Assembly (NCBI GenBank): GCA_002688015.1 | Contig: NZBT01000006.1 | Span: forward strand, 915-64,914 | Origin: Candidatus Pacearchaeota archaeon | GTDB lineage: Archaea > Nanobdellota > Nanobdellia > Pacearchaeales > GW2011-AR1 | Direction of reading: 5' to 3' | DNA length: 64,000 bases | Part shown: positions 17,824-27,158 of the stretch, in pieces | Layout of the letters: each line of letters begins with the position of its first letter | How positions within the stretch are numbered: the first letter of the stretch is position 1 | Notes under the pieces: model-generated | What the model saw: only the letters and a program-made list of their open reading frames with translations | Told to the model about the DNA's origin: nothing | Databases searched by the model: none | Position numbers and translations under genes: made by a program

Positions 17824-17895
17824 GGGCCTATAGTTCAATGGATAGAATGACAGGTTTCGGCCCTGTTGATCGAGGTTCAAGTCCTCGTAGGCCCA
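17824..17895 (+). tRNA. tRNA-Arg (anticodon TCG)
   Basis: Cloverleaf folded by hand. Acceptor GGGCCTA/TAGGCCC; anticodon stem ACAGG/CCTGT with loop TTTCGGC; T arm CGAGG-TTCAAGT-CCTCG. No encoded CCA. Confidence 0.9.
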
Positions 17896-17926
17896 TTACA
17901 AAACTTAATAAATAAGAATAGCAGGA

Positions 17927-19363
17927 ATGATTATGGTAAATAAGAAAGATGAGAAAGGAATAAGTGTAGAGAAAAGTAAAGATATTAGTGAATGGTATAC
18001 TCAGGTTTTGCAGAAGGCAGAGTTGGCAGATTATGCTCCTATAAAAGGATTTATGATTATTAGGCCAAGAGCATATTATATATGGGAGAAGATTCAAAAA
18101 GAGTTTGATAAGGTTTTGGAGAGATTGAAAGTTAAGAATACTTATTTTCCTTTGTTGATTCCTGAAAATTTCTTCAAAAAAGAAGCAGAGCATGCAGAAG
18201 GATTTGCTCCCGAATTAGCATATATTGAAGGTAAGGAAGAAGGGGAAAGACTTGCTTTAAGGCCTACAAGTGAAACAATAATGTATGATTCTTATTCTAA
18301 ATGGATAAGAAGTTGGAGAGATTTACCATTGAAGTTGAATCAGTGGGCGAACGTTATAAGATGGGAAGTTAAACAGACAAAACCATTTTTGAGGACGCGG
18401 GAGTTTTTATGGCAGGAAGGACATTGTGTATTTGAGACAGAAAAAGAGGCTAGGGAAGATATGGAGAAAATGGCTTTAGAATATCAAAAGCTTGTTGAAG
18501 GATTGTTAGCAGTTCCTCTAATAGTGGGTAAGAAATCTGAGGCGGAAAGATTTCCAGGAGCTAGGGAAACTATGACTATTGAAGCGTTTATGCCTGATGG
18601 AAAAGCATTACAGTGTGGAACAAGCCATAATTTGGGACAAGGATTTGCGAAGAGTTTTGATGTTAAGTTTTTAGATAAGAATGAGAAAGAAAGTTATGGA
18701 TGGCAAACTTCTTGGGGTTTCTCTACGAGACTGATTGGAGCGATGATTATGCAACATGGAGATGATAAGGGATTAGTTTTACCTCCAGCTGTAGCAAGAG
18801 AAAAAGTAGTTATTGTTCCTATATTATTTGAAGATAGTAGAGAAAAGGTTTTGAATAAAGCAAAAGAGATTGAGAAAAGTTTGAAGAAGTGGAATGCGAA
18901 GGTAGATGATAGAGAAGAGTATAAACCAGGATTTAAGTTTTCAGAACATGAGATGAATGGAGTACCTATTAGAATTGAAATAGGACCTAAAGATTTAGAG
19001 AAGAAGACTGTTGTTCTTGTAAGAAGAGATACTGGAGATAAAGAACTTGTGAAAATGTCTGGAATAGAAAAGAGAGTTGAGAAAGTTTTAGAGGAGATTC
19101 AGGAGAGTTTGTTAGAAAAAGCAAAGAAATTTTTGGAAGGAAGTATTTCAGAAGCAAAGGATATGGATGAATTAAAGAAAGAGTTGAATAAAAAGAAAAT
19201 TGTTAAAGTCTATATGAAAGATGACAAAGAAGTAGAGGGGAACGTAAAAGATCAGACTGAAGGAGCAACTTCAAGAATTATTGAGGAGACAAAGAAAGAA
19301 GGGGAATGTATTGTTTCTGGAGAGAAAGTTAATACTGTAGCTTATATTGCTAAGGCATATTAA
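17927..19363 (+). CDS. proS: Prolyl-tRNA synthetase (archaeal/eukaryotic type)
   Basis: Class II motifs in archaeal ProRS order (ISEWYTQVL..., LRPTSET, FLRTREFLWQEGH, GTSHNLGQ). 478 aa. Confidence 0.9.
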   Translation: MIMVNKKDEKGISVEKSKDISEWYTQVLQKAELADYAPIKGFMIIRPRAYYIWEKIQKEFDKVLERLKVKNTYFPLLIPENFFKKEAEHAEGFAPELAYIEGKEEGERLALRPTSETIMYDSYSKWIRSWRDLPLKLNQWANVIRWEVKQTKPFLRTREFLWQEGHCVFETEKEAREDMEKMALEYQKLVEGLLAVPLIVGKKSEAERFPGARETMTIEAFMPDGKALQCGTSHNLGQGFAKSFDVKFLDKNEKESYGWQTSWGFSTRLIGAMIMQHGDDKGLVLPPAVAREKVVIVPILFEDSREKVLNKAKEIEKSLKKWNAKVDDREEYKPGFKFSEHEMNGVPIRIEIGPKDLEKKTVVLVRRDTGDKELVKMSGIEKRVEKVLEEIQESLLEKAKKFLEGSISEAKDMDELKKELNKKKIVKVYMKDDKEVEGNVKDQTEGATSRIIEETKKEGECIVSGEKVNTVAYIAKAY

Positions 19364-19364
19364 A

Positions 19365-20654
19365 ATGACAGAATTAAATTTTAGTGCTGGAGATGAAGTA
19401 AAACTTAGGCTTGCACATAGAGAGATAGAAGGAAGAGTTTTGGAAACAGGAGAGAAAGATATTATTTTGCTTAAGTTAAAGAGCGGATATAACATTGGGA
19501 TTAAGAAGGAAAATATTTTGGGATCTAGAATTGTAAAGAAGTATCAAGAAGGTATGGAGAATTTTGAGATGCCTGCTACTAATAAGAAGAAGAAAAATGT
19601 TGGTTTAATTGTTACTGGAGGAACAATTGCTGCAAAACTTGATTCTAAAACAGGAGGAGTACATTGGCTTACTGATGTGGGAGAGTTTAGTAAGTTTTAT
19701 CCTGAGATTTTTAATATTGCCAATGTTAAAAAGATTGAAGTACCATTTATGAAAGCTTCAGAGAGTATGGATTCTGATGACTGGAAGAAAATAGCTAAGA
19801 CATGTGAAAAGATGTTAGATGATCCTGAGATTTCGGGAGTGATTATTACACATGGAACTGACTTTTTAGGATATACGGCGGCAGCATTGAGTTTCATGTT
19901 GCGTGATTTGGGGAAACCTGTTGTTTTAACATATAGCCAGAGAAGTATAGACAGAGCAAGTTCGGATGCTTCGATGAATCTTATGTGTTCTGCTCATATG
20001 GCTTGTTCAGAAGCTGCTGAAGTTATGCTTGTGGGGCATGGAAGCACGAGCGATGATTATTGTTATGCAATGCAAGGAAGTAAGGTAAGAAAGATGCATT
20101 CGTCTAGGAGAGATGCATTTAAGGCAATTAATACAGAACCTATTGCTAAAATCTGGAGCGATGGAAAGATAGAGTTTTTGAAAGAATATAGGAAAAGAGA
20201 TGATTCTAGAAAGGTAATCTTGGATGCAGAGTTTGAAGATAAAGTTGCATTATTAAAATTTTATCCGGGGCAAGAGCCAGAAATATTGGATTATTATGCT
20301 TTGAAGTTCAAAGGGCTTGTAATTGAGGTTTCTGGATTAGGACATTTACCTGTTTCGGAGACAGGAGATAGGAATTGGATTCCCAGATTAAAGAAACATA
20401 TTAAGTCTGGATTGATAGTATGTGCTGCTGCTCAGACGATTTATGGGCGTTTGGATCCCAAGGTTTATTCAAATGGTAGAGAATTGGAAGATGCAGGAGT
20501 TATATTTTTAGAAGACATGTTGCCAGAGACAGCGCTTGTTAAGCTTGGATGGGTTTTGGGACATAAAGCGTTTAAGGGAAATGTTCGCGAGAAGATGTTA
20601 CAAAATTTTTCCGGAGAATTGAATAGTAAAATTGGATTGGAAGGGTTTGATTAA
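19365..20654 (+). CDS. gatD: Glu-tRNA(Gln) amidotransferase subunit D
   Basis: Asparaginase-type motifs VGLIVTGGTIAAK and ITHGTDF after a small N-terminal domain. ATG at 19365, immediately after the proS stop, preferred over the track start 19347. Confidence 0.85.
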   Translation: MTELNFSAGDEVKLRLAHREIEGRVLETGEKDIILLKLKSGYNIGIKKENILGSRIVKKYQEGMENFEMPATNKKKKNVGLIVTGGTIAAKLDSKTGGVHWLTDVGEFSKFYPEIFNIANVKKIEVPFMKASESMDSDDWKKIAKTCEKMLDDPEISGVIITHGTDFLGYTAAALSFMLRDLGKPVVLTYSQRSIDRASSDASMNLMCSAHMACSEAAEVMLVGHGSTSDDYCYAMQGSKVRKMHSSRRDAFKAINTEPIAKIWSDGKIEFLKEYRKRDDSRKVILDAEFEDKVALLKFYPGQEPEILDYYALKFKGLVIEVSGLGHLPVSETGDRNWIPRLKKHIKSGLIVCAAAQTIYGRLDPKVYSNGRELEDAGVIFLEDMLPETALVKLGWVLGHKAFKGNVREKMLQNFSGELNSKIGLEGFD

Positions 20655-21098
20655 TTATTTTTTCTTTGAGATATGACGTTCTATTCTATCTAATTGTTTT
20701 TGAATTTCTTCTATTTCTTTTTCTGCTTTTCTGTTTACGGCATAGTCATATTCAGAACGGATTCTATCTTTTTGAGATTCTCTGTTTTGAGACATAAGAA
20801 TAATTGGAGCTTGTATTGCTGCAAGAGTGGAGAGAACGAGATTTAGTAAGATGTATGGAAAAGGATCAAAGGGTATACCACTCAGTGCCTTTGCTAAATA
20901 ATATCCGTTTAACCATATCCATGCAATCATTAGGATTATAAATATTAAAATAAAGGTCCATGAGCCCATCCATTTTGTTAAAGAGTCTGATGCTTTTTGA
21001 CTGAATGTTAATTTTGGATTTAACAATGGATGAGAATCTTGTTTTATTTTCTTAGCTATTCTTTCTTTTAGTTCCTTGGCATCCTCTTTTTTAGGCAT
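20655..21098 (-). CDS. DUF1003-family membrane protein
   Basis: GSWTFILIFIILMIAWIWLN ... FDPFPYILLNLVLSTLAAIQAPIILMSQNR, followed by a coiled-coil tail, as in DUF1003. Confidence 0.7.
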   Translation of the reverse strand: MPKKEDAKELKERIAKKIKQDSHPLLNPKLTFSQKASDSLTKWMGSWTFILIFIILMIAWIWLNGYYLAKALSGIPFDPFPYILLNLVLSTLAAIQAPIILMSQNRESQKDRIRSEYDYAVNRKAEKEIEEIQKQLDRIERHISKKK

Positions 21099-21136
21099 AG
21101 ATAGAAGAGGAATAGTTGATTTTTATATGTTTAGAT

Positions 21137-21502
21137 TTATGCAAGAGAAGGTGTAGAAGAATTTGGATAAATGAATCTTATGGCCCTCTTTCCTAATAAG
21201 TATCCGGCTCCAGCTCCGATTAGTGCTCCTATTAATTCTCCTGAATGATAAGTAATCATTGCTGCTCCTAAACAATTTAGAGAAGTTTCTTCTATCCCAT
21301 GGATTTTTTCTAAGGTCCTTCTTAATGGCTCATTATATTCTATTGCTGTTTCTGCTCCTATATTAAGTCCTGTAAATATCCCAGCTATTGTAAATGATGT
21401 TTTCCAGAAAAGTTGTTCTAATCTTGAGATTTTTCCTGCTGTGATTTTTCCCTCTTTTTTAATGGAATTTGTGTTCTTTTGAAGGAGAAGATAGTTATAA
21501 GT
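21137..21502 (-). pseudogene. 121-codon open frame lacking any ATG/GTG/TTG start in its first 81 codons; small glycine-zipper membrane protein or decayed gene
   Basis: Translated by hand: TYNYLLLQKNTNSIKKEGKITAGKISRLEQLFWKTSFTIAGIFTGLNIGAETAIEYNEPLRRTLEKIHGIEETSLNCLGAAMITYHSGELIGALIGAGAGYLLGKRAIRFIYPNSSTPSLA*. The only Met is at 21257-21259. Not in the ORF track. Confidence 0.4.
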
Positions 21503-21589
21503 TTATATGTTCAGAATTGTATATTTATGTTGTTATTTTAAAGAGGTTACATTAGAAAGGTTTTTAAAGGATTTTTGGGGATAAATTGC

Positions 21590-22513
21590 ATGGAACAAAG
21601 AGAATTAATGAATTATATAGAGGCTATGAAAGAGACATCACATATCATAGGATCTAAGGAAGTCGATCATTTAGTTGTACCTATGTTAGGTTCTGTTCCC
21701 TTTATTGATACTATGACCATAGTTGATGATGATTTTGATCCTACTAAGGCTGTTTATATGCCTGCTTCAAGTAGAATTGAAGATGTAAATAGTGTTATTA
21801 GAGAATGGTATATTAATTTCTTGGATGATGTTGTGGACATAGATTCTCAGAATTTTCCAGTTATTATGGGATCTGATGAGGTGGTTAGCGGGGCATCTGT
21901 TATGAGATGTTTTTATAATATTGATTTAGCTACTCAAGGCAAAAGAAAAAGAATAAGACAAGATCTTATGTCTAGATTACATACTCCTGATCCAGAAGTT
22001 TCTATTGACGCAATGGATAAAATTGATATGCTTTCAAATAATCAGCATTCTCATGACATTGGTATAATGAGAGATAGAGTATCTAGAGGAGTTTATAAAA
22101 TCGATAAAGATATTGCAAGACAAGACTCAAAATTTATGGTAAATTTAATTAGAAAAGCTCTTGATGGTAAACTAATCTATCAATCTGTTGGTGTGGAAGA
22201 TGCGAAAGGAAAAGTTACGAAAGAGTATAATACAATGAAGGAAGAAGGTAGAGTTATTCCTGTTCCTGTTGATAAAATAATTACTATGGACCAACCTTGG
22301 TTATGCCCTCCAAGATTTAGAACAGTGCCAGGGGCTAAAGATGGAGATTATGCCATTTATACACCTGAAGTATATGACTTTAAGGTTACTCCTTCGTATG
22401 TGGAGTTTTTGTCTGCTGTAGCTAGAGTTGTAGGAAAAGATCCTGCGAAAATTGCACCTGTTAATATGCAAGCAATATTAGATTCTAACAAATATCTGAA
22501 TAGAGAGATCTAA
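21590..22513 (+). CDS. Orphan protein with type I phosphoribosyltransferase-like motifs
   Basis: HLVVPMLGSVPFIDTM is PPi-loop-like, and FPVIMGSDEVVSGASV is PRPP-loop-like (hydrophobic strand + D/E + SGxS). It carries a ~150-aa C-terminal extension. ATG at 21590 sits about 25 nt after TATA GGTTTTTAAAGG. Confidence 0.4.
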   Translation: MEQRELMNYIEAMKETSHIIGSKEVDHLVVPMLGSVPFIDTMTIVDDDFDPTKAVYMPASSRIEDVNSVIREWYINFLDDVVDIDSQNFPVIMGSDEVVSGASVMRCFYNIDLATQGKRKRIRQDLMSRLHTPDPEVSIDAMDKIDMLSNNQHSHDIGIMRDRVSRGVYKIDKDIARQDSKFMVNLIRKALDGKLIYQSVGVEDAKGKVTKEYNTMKEEGRVIPVPVDKIITMDQPWLCPPRFRTVPGAKDGDYAIYTPEVYDFKVTPSYVEFLSAVARVVGKDPAKIAPVNMQAILDSNKYLNREI

Positions 22514-22553
22514 TTAAGACAAAGTTTAATAATTCTAATTTTATTGTTTCTAT

Positions 22554-24008
22554 ATGGAAGAAATTGATTATTCGAAGATTGGGTTGAAAGCTGGACTGGA
22601 GATACATCAACAGCTTGATACTGGGAAATTGTTTTCGAGAACGCCGAGTCTTTTGAGGAGCGATAAGCCGGATTATGTTGTTTCTAGAAGATTGCACGCA
22701 GTTGCTGGAGAAGAAGGAGAAATTGATTCTGCAGTTGAACATGAAGCTGCATTGGATAAGGAATTTATTTATGAAGGATATGATGATACAATTTCACTTG
22801 TAGAGTTGGATGAATCGCCTCCGCAGTCTTTGGATCAAGATGCTTTGGAAGAGACAATTAAAATTGCTTTGTTATTGAATTGTGAAATTTATCCTGTTAG
22901 TCAGATAATGAGAAAAACTGTTATTGATGGGAGTAATACTTCCGGATTCCAGAGGACAGTGTTAATAGGACACGATGGATTTGTGGAGACAAGCTTAGGG
23001 AAAGTTGGTATAGAAAGTGTAGCTTTGGAAGAAGATGCTGCAAGAATCATAAGTAAAGATGGGAAGGAAACAAGATATAGACTTGATAGATTGGGAATTC
23101 CATTAGTTGAAGTTGCTACATTTCCAGATTTGAAGAATGCAGAGCATGTTAAAGAGACGGCTTTGAAATTGGGGGAAATTCTTAGGGCAGGGAAAGCTAA
23201 GAGAGGAATAGGAACAATAAGACAAGATGTCAATATTTCTATAAAGGGACATGATAGAGTTGAGATAAAAGGATTTCAAGATCCTAAGATGATGATTAAG
23301 ACTGTCAATTTAGAGATAGAGAGACAGCAGAAAGATTTGAAGGAAAAGAAGAAAGAAGGAGGAGTTAGGAATGCATTGAGTGATGGAATTACGGAATTTT
23401 TAAGACCCATTCCTGGAAGAGCTAGAATGTATCCTGAAACGGATCTAGAACTGTTAAGGATTGGGAGGCATGATATTAATGATGCGAAGAGAAATTTGCC
23501 TAAGTTGAAATCAGAGAAGAGAAATGAATTGAAGAAATTTGGCTTATCTGAAGAATTGATGAATTTGATTTTGGCAGATGGGGAAATGAGTGAAGAGTTT
23601 AATATTTTAATGAAAGTTTATGATGGGAATGCAGATCTTGTTGGGAAGATGGTTAGTTTATGGAGAAATGAACTAACGAAGAAAAGTGGGAAAAAGGTAG
23701 AAGAAGTTAAGCAGGTTTTAGGGGAAAGGGAGTTAGAAAAGATTTTGGAAGCTGTGAAATCAAGGGATTTGGAGGAGGGGGAAGTTAAGAGAGTGATGGG
23801 TGATGTTTTGTCTGGGATTGAGATTGAAGAAGCGATAAAGATAGAGAAAGTAGATGATAATGAATTGGAAGAGAAGATTAGAAAATTAATAAAGGAAAAG
23901 CCGGGACTTAGAGAGAATGCATACATGGGCTTGGTAATGAAGGAAATGAAGGGAAAGATTGATTCTAAGAAGGCGATGGAATTGGTGAAGAAAGTTTTGG
24001 AAGAATAA
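22554..24008 (+). CDS. gatE: Glu-tRNA(Gln) amidotransferase subunit E (compact form)
   Basis: GLEIHQQLDTGKLF, SLVELDESPP, RKTVIDGSNTSGFQRTVLIG and a YqeY-like tail (AYMGLVMKEMKGKID). At 484 aa it is shorter than the roughly 600-aa GatE I recall. Confidence 0.85.
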   Translation: MEEIDYSKIGLKAGLEIHQQLDTGKLFSRTPSLLRSDKPDYVVSRRLHAVAGEEGEIDSAVEHEAALDKEFIYEGYDDTISLVELDESPPQSLDQDALEETIKIALLLNCEIYPVSQIMRKTVIDGSNTSGFQRTVLIGHDGFVETSLGKVGIESVALEEDAARIISKDGKETRYRLDRLGIPLVEVATFPDLKNAEHVKETALKLGEILRAGKAKRGIGTIRQDVNISIKGHDRVEIKGFQDPKMMIKTVNLEIERQQKDLKEKKKEGGVRNALSDGITEFLRPIPGRARMYPETDLELLRIGRHDINDAKRNLPKLKSEKRNELKKFGLSEELMNLILADGEMSEEFNILMKVYDGNADLVGKMVSLWRNELTKKSGKKVEEVKQVLGERELEKILEAVKSRDLEEGEVKRVMGDVLSGIEIEEAIKIEKVDDNELEEKIRKLIKEKPGLRENAYMGLVMKEMKGKIDSKKAMELVKKVLEE

Positions 24009-24009
24009 T

Positions 24010-24390
24010 ATGGACAATGATGAAGGAATTTCAGATGATTTTGTTAGGATAAGATTTCCTCATAATATTACTGTTAGTAGAGAGGCTTTTATTTTGTCAG
24101 CTCAGTTTTTTAGAGATCGGTTTTCTCAAAGGGCTGGGAGAGAGGTTCCGTTAGATGATATTGACCTTTCCGTTTCTAAAGGAGATATTGTGAGAGGGAG
24201 CACGGTTTTTAGAGCAAGATTGGAAGATCCTTTGCCCCCTCATCTTTGTTATTCTAGAGATCAAGATGGAGTTGCTTTTGATGCCTTGATTGATTTCCTT
24301 AGAGATTATAGAAAAGGAGCTTTGGCTGAGAATGAGGAAAACTTAATCGATTATGTTGTTGAAGGTTTGGATAAGGTTCGTTGGAGTTAA
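24010..24390 (+). CDS. Hypothetical protein (Arg/Asp-rich, 126 aa)
   Basis: ATG one nt after the gatE stop. Clean ORF with no recognisable motif. Confidence 0.55.
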   Translation: MDNDEGISDDFVRIRFPHNITVSREAFILSAQFFRDRFSQRAGREVPLDDIDLSVSKGDIVRGSTVFRARLEDPLPPHLCYSRDQDGVAFDALIDFLRDYRKGALAENEENLIDYVVEGLDKVRWS

Positions 24391-24428
24391 TTGGAAAGAT
24401 ATTAAAATAGCGTTTTTCTAGAAGAAAC

Positions 24429-25742
24429 ATGGATTTAATGAAATTACAGAAGGAGAGAAAGAGAATTTCTGAATTAAGTGAGAAGGATGATGGGAAATCT
24501 GTGACGATTTATGGATGGCTTTATGATCTTCGTGATTTAGGAAAATTGAGGTTTGTTTTGATAAGAGATGTTTCTGGAGAGATACAAGTTACAGGTTTTA
24601 AGGATAAGACTGACAAGAAAGTTTATGAGGTTATGGGAAAGACAAATAGGGAAAGCGCAGTTGTTATTAAAGGGAAAGTTAAGAAAAGTGACAAGGCTCC
24701 TGGGGGAAGAGAAATTATTCCTGAAAGTTTCGAAGTTTTAGCGGAGGCAGATGATCCTTTACCTTTGGATGTTTCTGATTTTTCAAAGACTGAGCTGCCG
24801 AAAAGAATTGATTATAGATTTTTAGATTTACATAGGAGAAAGGTACAGGCAATATTTAAGATTCAAGGGACTTTATTGCAAGCATTTAGAGAATATATGA
24901 TTGATTCAGGAGGGACTGAAGGAGTTTTCCCAAGTATTATTTCAAGTAGCAGTGAGGGAGGAACTGAACTTTACCCCTTAAAGTATTTTGAGAAAAATGC
25001 TTTCTTAAGTCAGAGTTGTCAATTGTATAAGCAAATGGTTGCTTGTAGTATGGAAAAAGCATTCGCAGTATTTACAGTTTGGAGAGCGGAGAAGCATAAT
25101 ACTGTTAGACATTTGAATGAGTCGAGGCAGTATGATTTTGAGATGGCCTTTGCAGATGAGTTTGTTGTTATGGATGAGCTTGCTAAAGTTGTTCGGTATA
25201 TGGTTTCAGAAGTGTTGAAGAAGAATGAAGAAGAATTGAATTTATTAGAAGTAAAATTGAAGGTTCCTAAGACCAAGTATTTGACCTTTGCTGAAGTAGA
25301 AAAATTGATGAAGAAAGAGAAAGTTGGTATGGGGAAACATGATCTTTCTGGAGAAGCGGAAAAGAAATTGGGAGAGCTGTTCCCAGACATGATTGTTTTT
25401 GTTCATGATTGGCCACTTGCCGGAAAGCCATTTTATATTATGCCTAAGCCTGGGAAGAAAGGCGAGGAACTTAGCGCAGGGTTTGATGCGATATACAGGG
25501 GAATGGAAATTACTTCTGGAGGACAGAGAGTTCATATTCCAGAGCTTTTGGAAGAGAGATTGAAAGCGAATGGTTTGAAGCCTAAAGATTTCAAGAGTTA
25601 TATTGATTCATTTAGATATGGGGCTCCTCCTCACGCAGGATGGGGGATGGGTGTTGAAAGATTGACTATGACTATTCTTGGATTGCAAAATATAAGGGAA
25701 GCTGTTCTATTTCCTAGAGATAGGGAAAGATTGACTCCTTAA
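24429..25742 (+). CDS. aspS: Aspartyl-tRNA synthetase (archaeal type)
   Basis: N-terminal OB fold (VTIYGWLYDLRDLGKLRFVLIRD) and class II core (FRAEKHNTVRHLNE, GGQRVH, GAPPHAGWGMGVERL). Confidence 0.9.
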   Translation: MDLMKLQKERKRISELSEKDDGKSVTIYGWLYDLRDLGKLRFVLIRDVSGEIQVTGFKDKTDKKVYEVMGKTNRESAVVIKGKVKKSDKAPGGREIIPESFEVLAEADDPLPLDVSDFSKTELPKRIDYRFLDLHRRKVQAIFKIQGTLLQAFREYMIDSGGTEGVFPSIISSSSEGGTELYPLKYFEKNAFLSQSCQLYKQMVACSMEKAFAVFTVWRAEKHNTVRHLNESRQYDFEMAFADEFVVMDELAKVVRYMVSEVLKKNEEELNLLEVKLKVPKTKYLTFAEVEKLMKKEKVGMGKHDLSGEAEKKLGELFPDMIVFVHDWPLAGKPFYIMPKPGKKGEELSAGFDAIYRGMEITSGGQRVHIPELLEERLKANGLKPKDFKSYIDSFRYGAPPHAGWGMGVERLTMTILGLQNIREAVLFPRDRERLTP

Positions 25743-25803
25743 GAAAGTTTATATACATGTTTCCTTTTTAGTTTAGGTCTCCTAGCATGACTAGGCAGAA
25801 TAA

Positions 25804-26199
25804 ATGATTGATAGTATAGACACACAGGAAGAATACAGACCAAAGGCAAAAGTATTTTACGTTGTTACTTCTAGGGCTGAACTTGAGAATTGGGCTTCGA
25901 ATAATACTTCTCTTGATGGTGATGAAATAAAGCAAATTGGAAATTATGAATTAACAAAAGATCATTTGGATTTAGTTTCTGACAATAATCAAGATGCAGG
26001 AATTGTAAGTTTTGTTTATGGTATGACTCCTTATCATTTGGATAAATTTAGAAGGTTTATTCCAACGGAAAAGGGAATGAGGGAGTTAGTTGAATTTGAT
26101 AGAAAATGGTTAGGACAAGCAGAAAGGTTTGATCATGTTGAAAATGATGCTGAATTTTTAAGAGAACATTATTTGGAAGCAATAGCTAGTTCTGCGTAG
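25804..26199 (+). CDS. Hypothetical protein (131 aa)
   Basis: Clean ORF with no recognisable motif. Confidence 0.55.
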   Translation: MIDSIDTQEEYRPKAKVFYVVTSRAELENWASNNTSLDGDEIKQIGNYELTKDHLDLVSDNNQDAGIVSFVYGMTPYHLDKFRRFIPTEKGMRELVEFDRKWLGQAERFDHVENDAEFLREHYLEAIASSA

Positions 26200-26317
26200 G
26201 CAAGAACTTATTGGATTTTAGCTAATAGAGATAGGGCAGGAGAGCTTTGGACTTTCGGAGAAGATTCTATAAGTCCTCAGTTTGGGGAAGAACATTCGCT
26301 TGCTGGAGCAAGTTTGT

Positions 26318-26335
26318 GATTGAATAGTTTTATAA
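26318..26335 (+). promoter_or_regulatory. Promoter (BRE/TATA) copy A: GATTGAATAGTTTTATAA
   Basis: 18-nt string identical to 27159-27176. Its TATA centre lies about 26 nt upstream of the ATG at 26358. Confidence 0.55.
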
Positions 26336-26357
26336 GATAAATTGTTCTTTATGTTTT

Positions 26358-27158
26358 ATGAAAGTTCTTGCTATTGGTGATCCCCATGGAGATCTTGGAA
26401 AGATAAGGAAGGTTATGAAGAGAGTTGAAAAAGTTGATATTCTTCTTCTTACTGGAGATTTAGGAAAAGCAGATTTAATGAGGAAGATGGCCTTTACAAA
26501 TATTGAAAGAAGAAAGAAAGGGTTGGAAGAGAAGGAGTTTTCTTCTAAAGAAAAGAAGAAGGCATTTATGGAAGCTTATGACTCTTCTTTGGCTGTTGTT
26601 AGGTTTCTGTCAAGGGTTGCTCCTGTTTATACTATTTTTGGAAATGTTGAGTCTAGGAATTCAGAGACGAGAGAAATGGCTAAAGAAATTGGATTGAAAC
26701 TTCCCTTTCTTACAGATGCTTTGAATAAGATAAAAGGAGTTAGAGTTATTAATAATAGGGCAGTCAAAGTTAAGGGTGTTCGAATTGGCGGTTTGGATTA
26801 TTTTATAGATGATGTTTGGGTGAGAACATTTAAGCCTGATGATTATAATGACCGATTGCAAAGTGCTAGGAAGCAGACTGTTAGAGCGAGAAAGATTCTT
26901 AAGAAGTTTGGGAATGTTGACATTTTGATTTGTCATCAGCCTCCTTATGGAGTTTTGGATAAAGTTACATTTAAGCAGGCGCCGAAGCATTGGAGGGGAA
27001 AGAGGGCTGGGAGTAAGGTTATTTTGGACTTTGTAAGGAAAGGAAAGGCAAAGTATGTATTTTGTGGACATATTCATGAAGGGGAAGGAAAGAAGAAAAT
27101 TGGAAAGACAGAAGTTTATAATTTAGGTGTTGTAGGACATAAAGTAGTTGAATTTTAG
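26358..27158 (+). CDS. Calcineurin-like metallophosphoesterase
   Basis: Motifs LAIGDPHGD, LTGDLGK, GNVES, ICHQPPYG, CGHIHEG. Confidence 0.8.
   Translation: MKVLAIGDPHGDLGKIRKVMKRVEKVDILLLTGDLGKADLMRKMAFTNIERRKKGLEEKEFSSKEKKKAFMEAYDSSLAVVRFLSRVAPVYTIFGNVESRNSETREMAKEIGLKLPFLTDALNKIKGVRVINNRAVKVKGVRIGGLDYFIDDVWVRTFKPDDYNDRLQSARKQTVRARKILKKFGNVDILICHQPPYGVLDKVTFKQAPKHWRGKRAGSKVILDFVRKGKAKYVFCGHIHEGEGKKKIGKTEVYNLGVVGHKVVEF

Noticed and set aside
17828-18193. 121-aa minus-strand ORF overlapping tRNA-Arg and the proS start
   Set aside because: Its C-terminus (GLRGLEPRSTGPKPV) is just the translated complement of the tRNA, and the rest is antisense to proS.
26200-26317. Relatively G+C-richer 120-nt spacer after 25804..26199, with the hairpin CTTGC-TGGA-GCAAG (26297-26310), considered as an ncRNA
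   Set aside because: Only short, unconvincing stems could be drawn by hand, with no recognisable RNA family motif. It could be a 3' UTR or terminator region. It needs a covariance or expression check before any claim.
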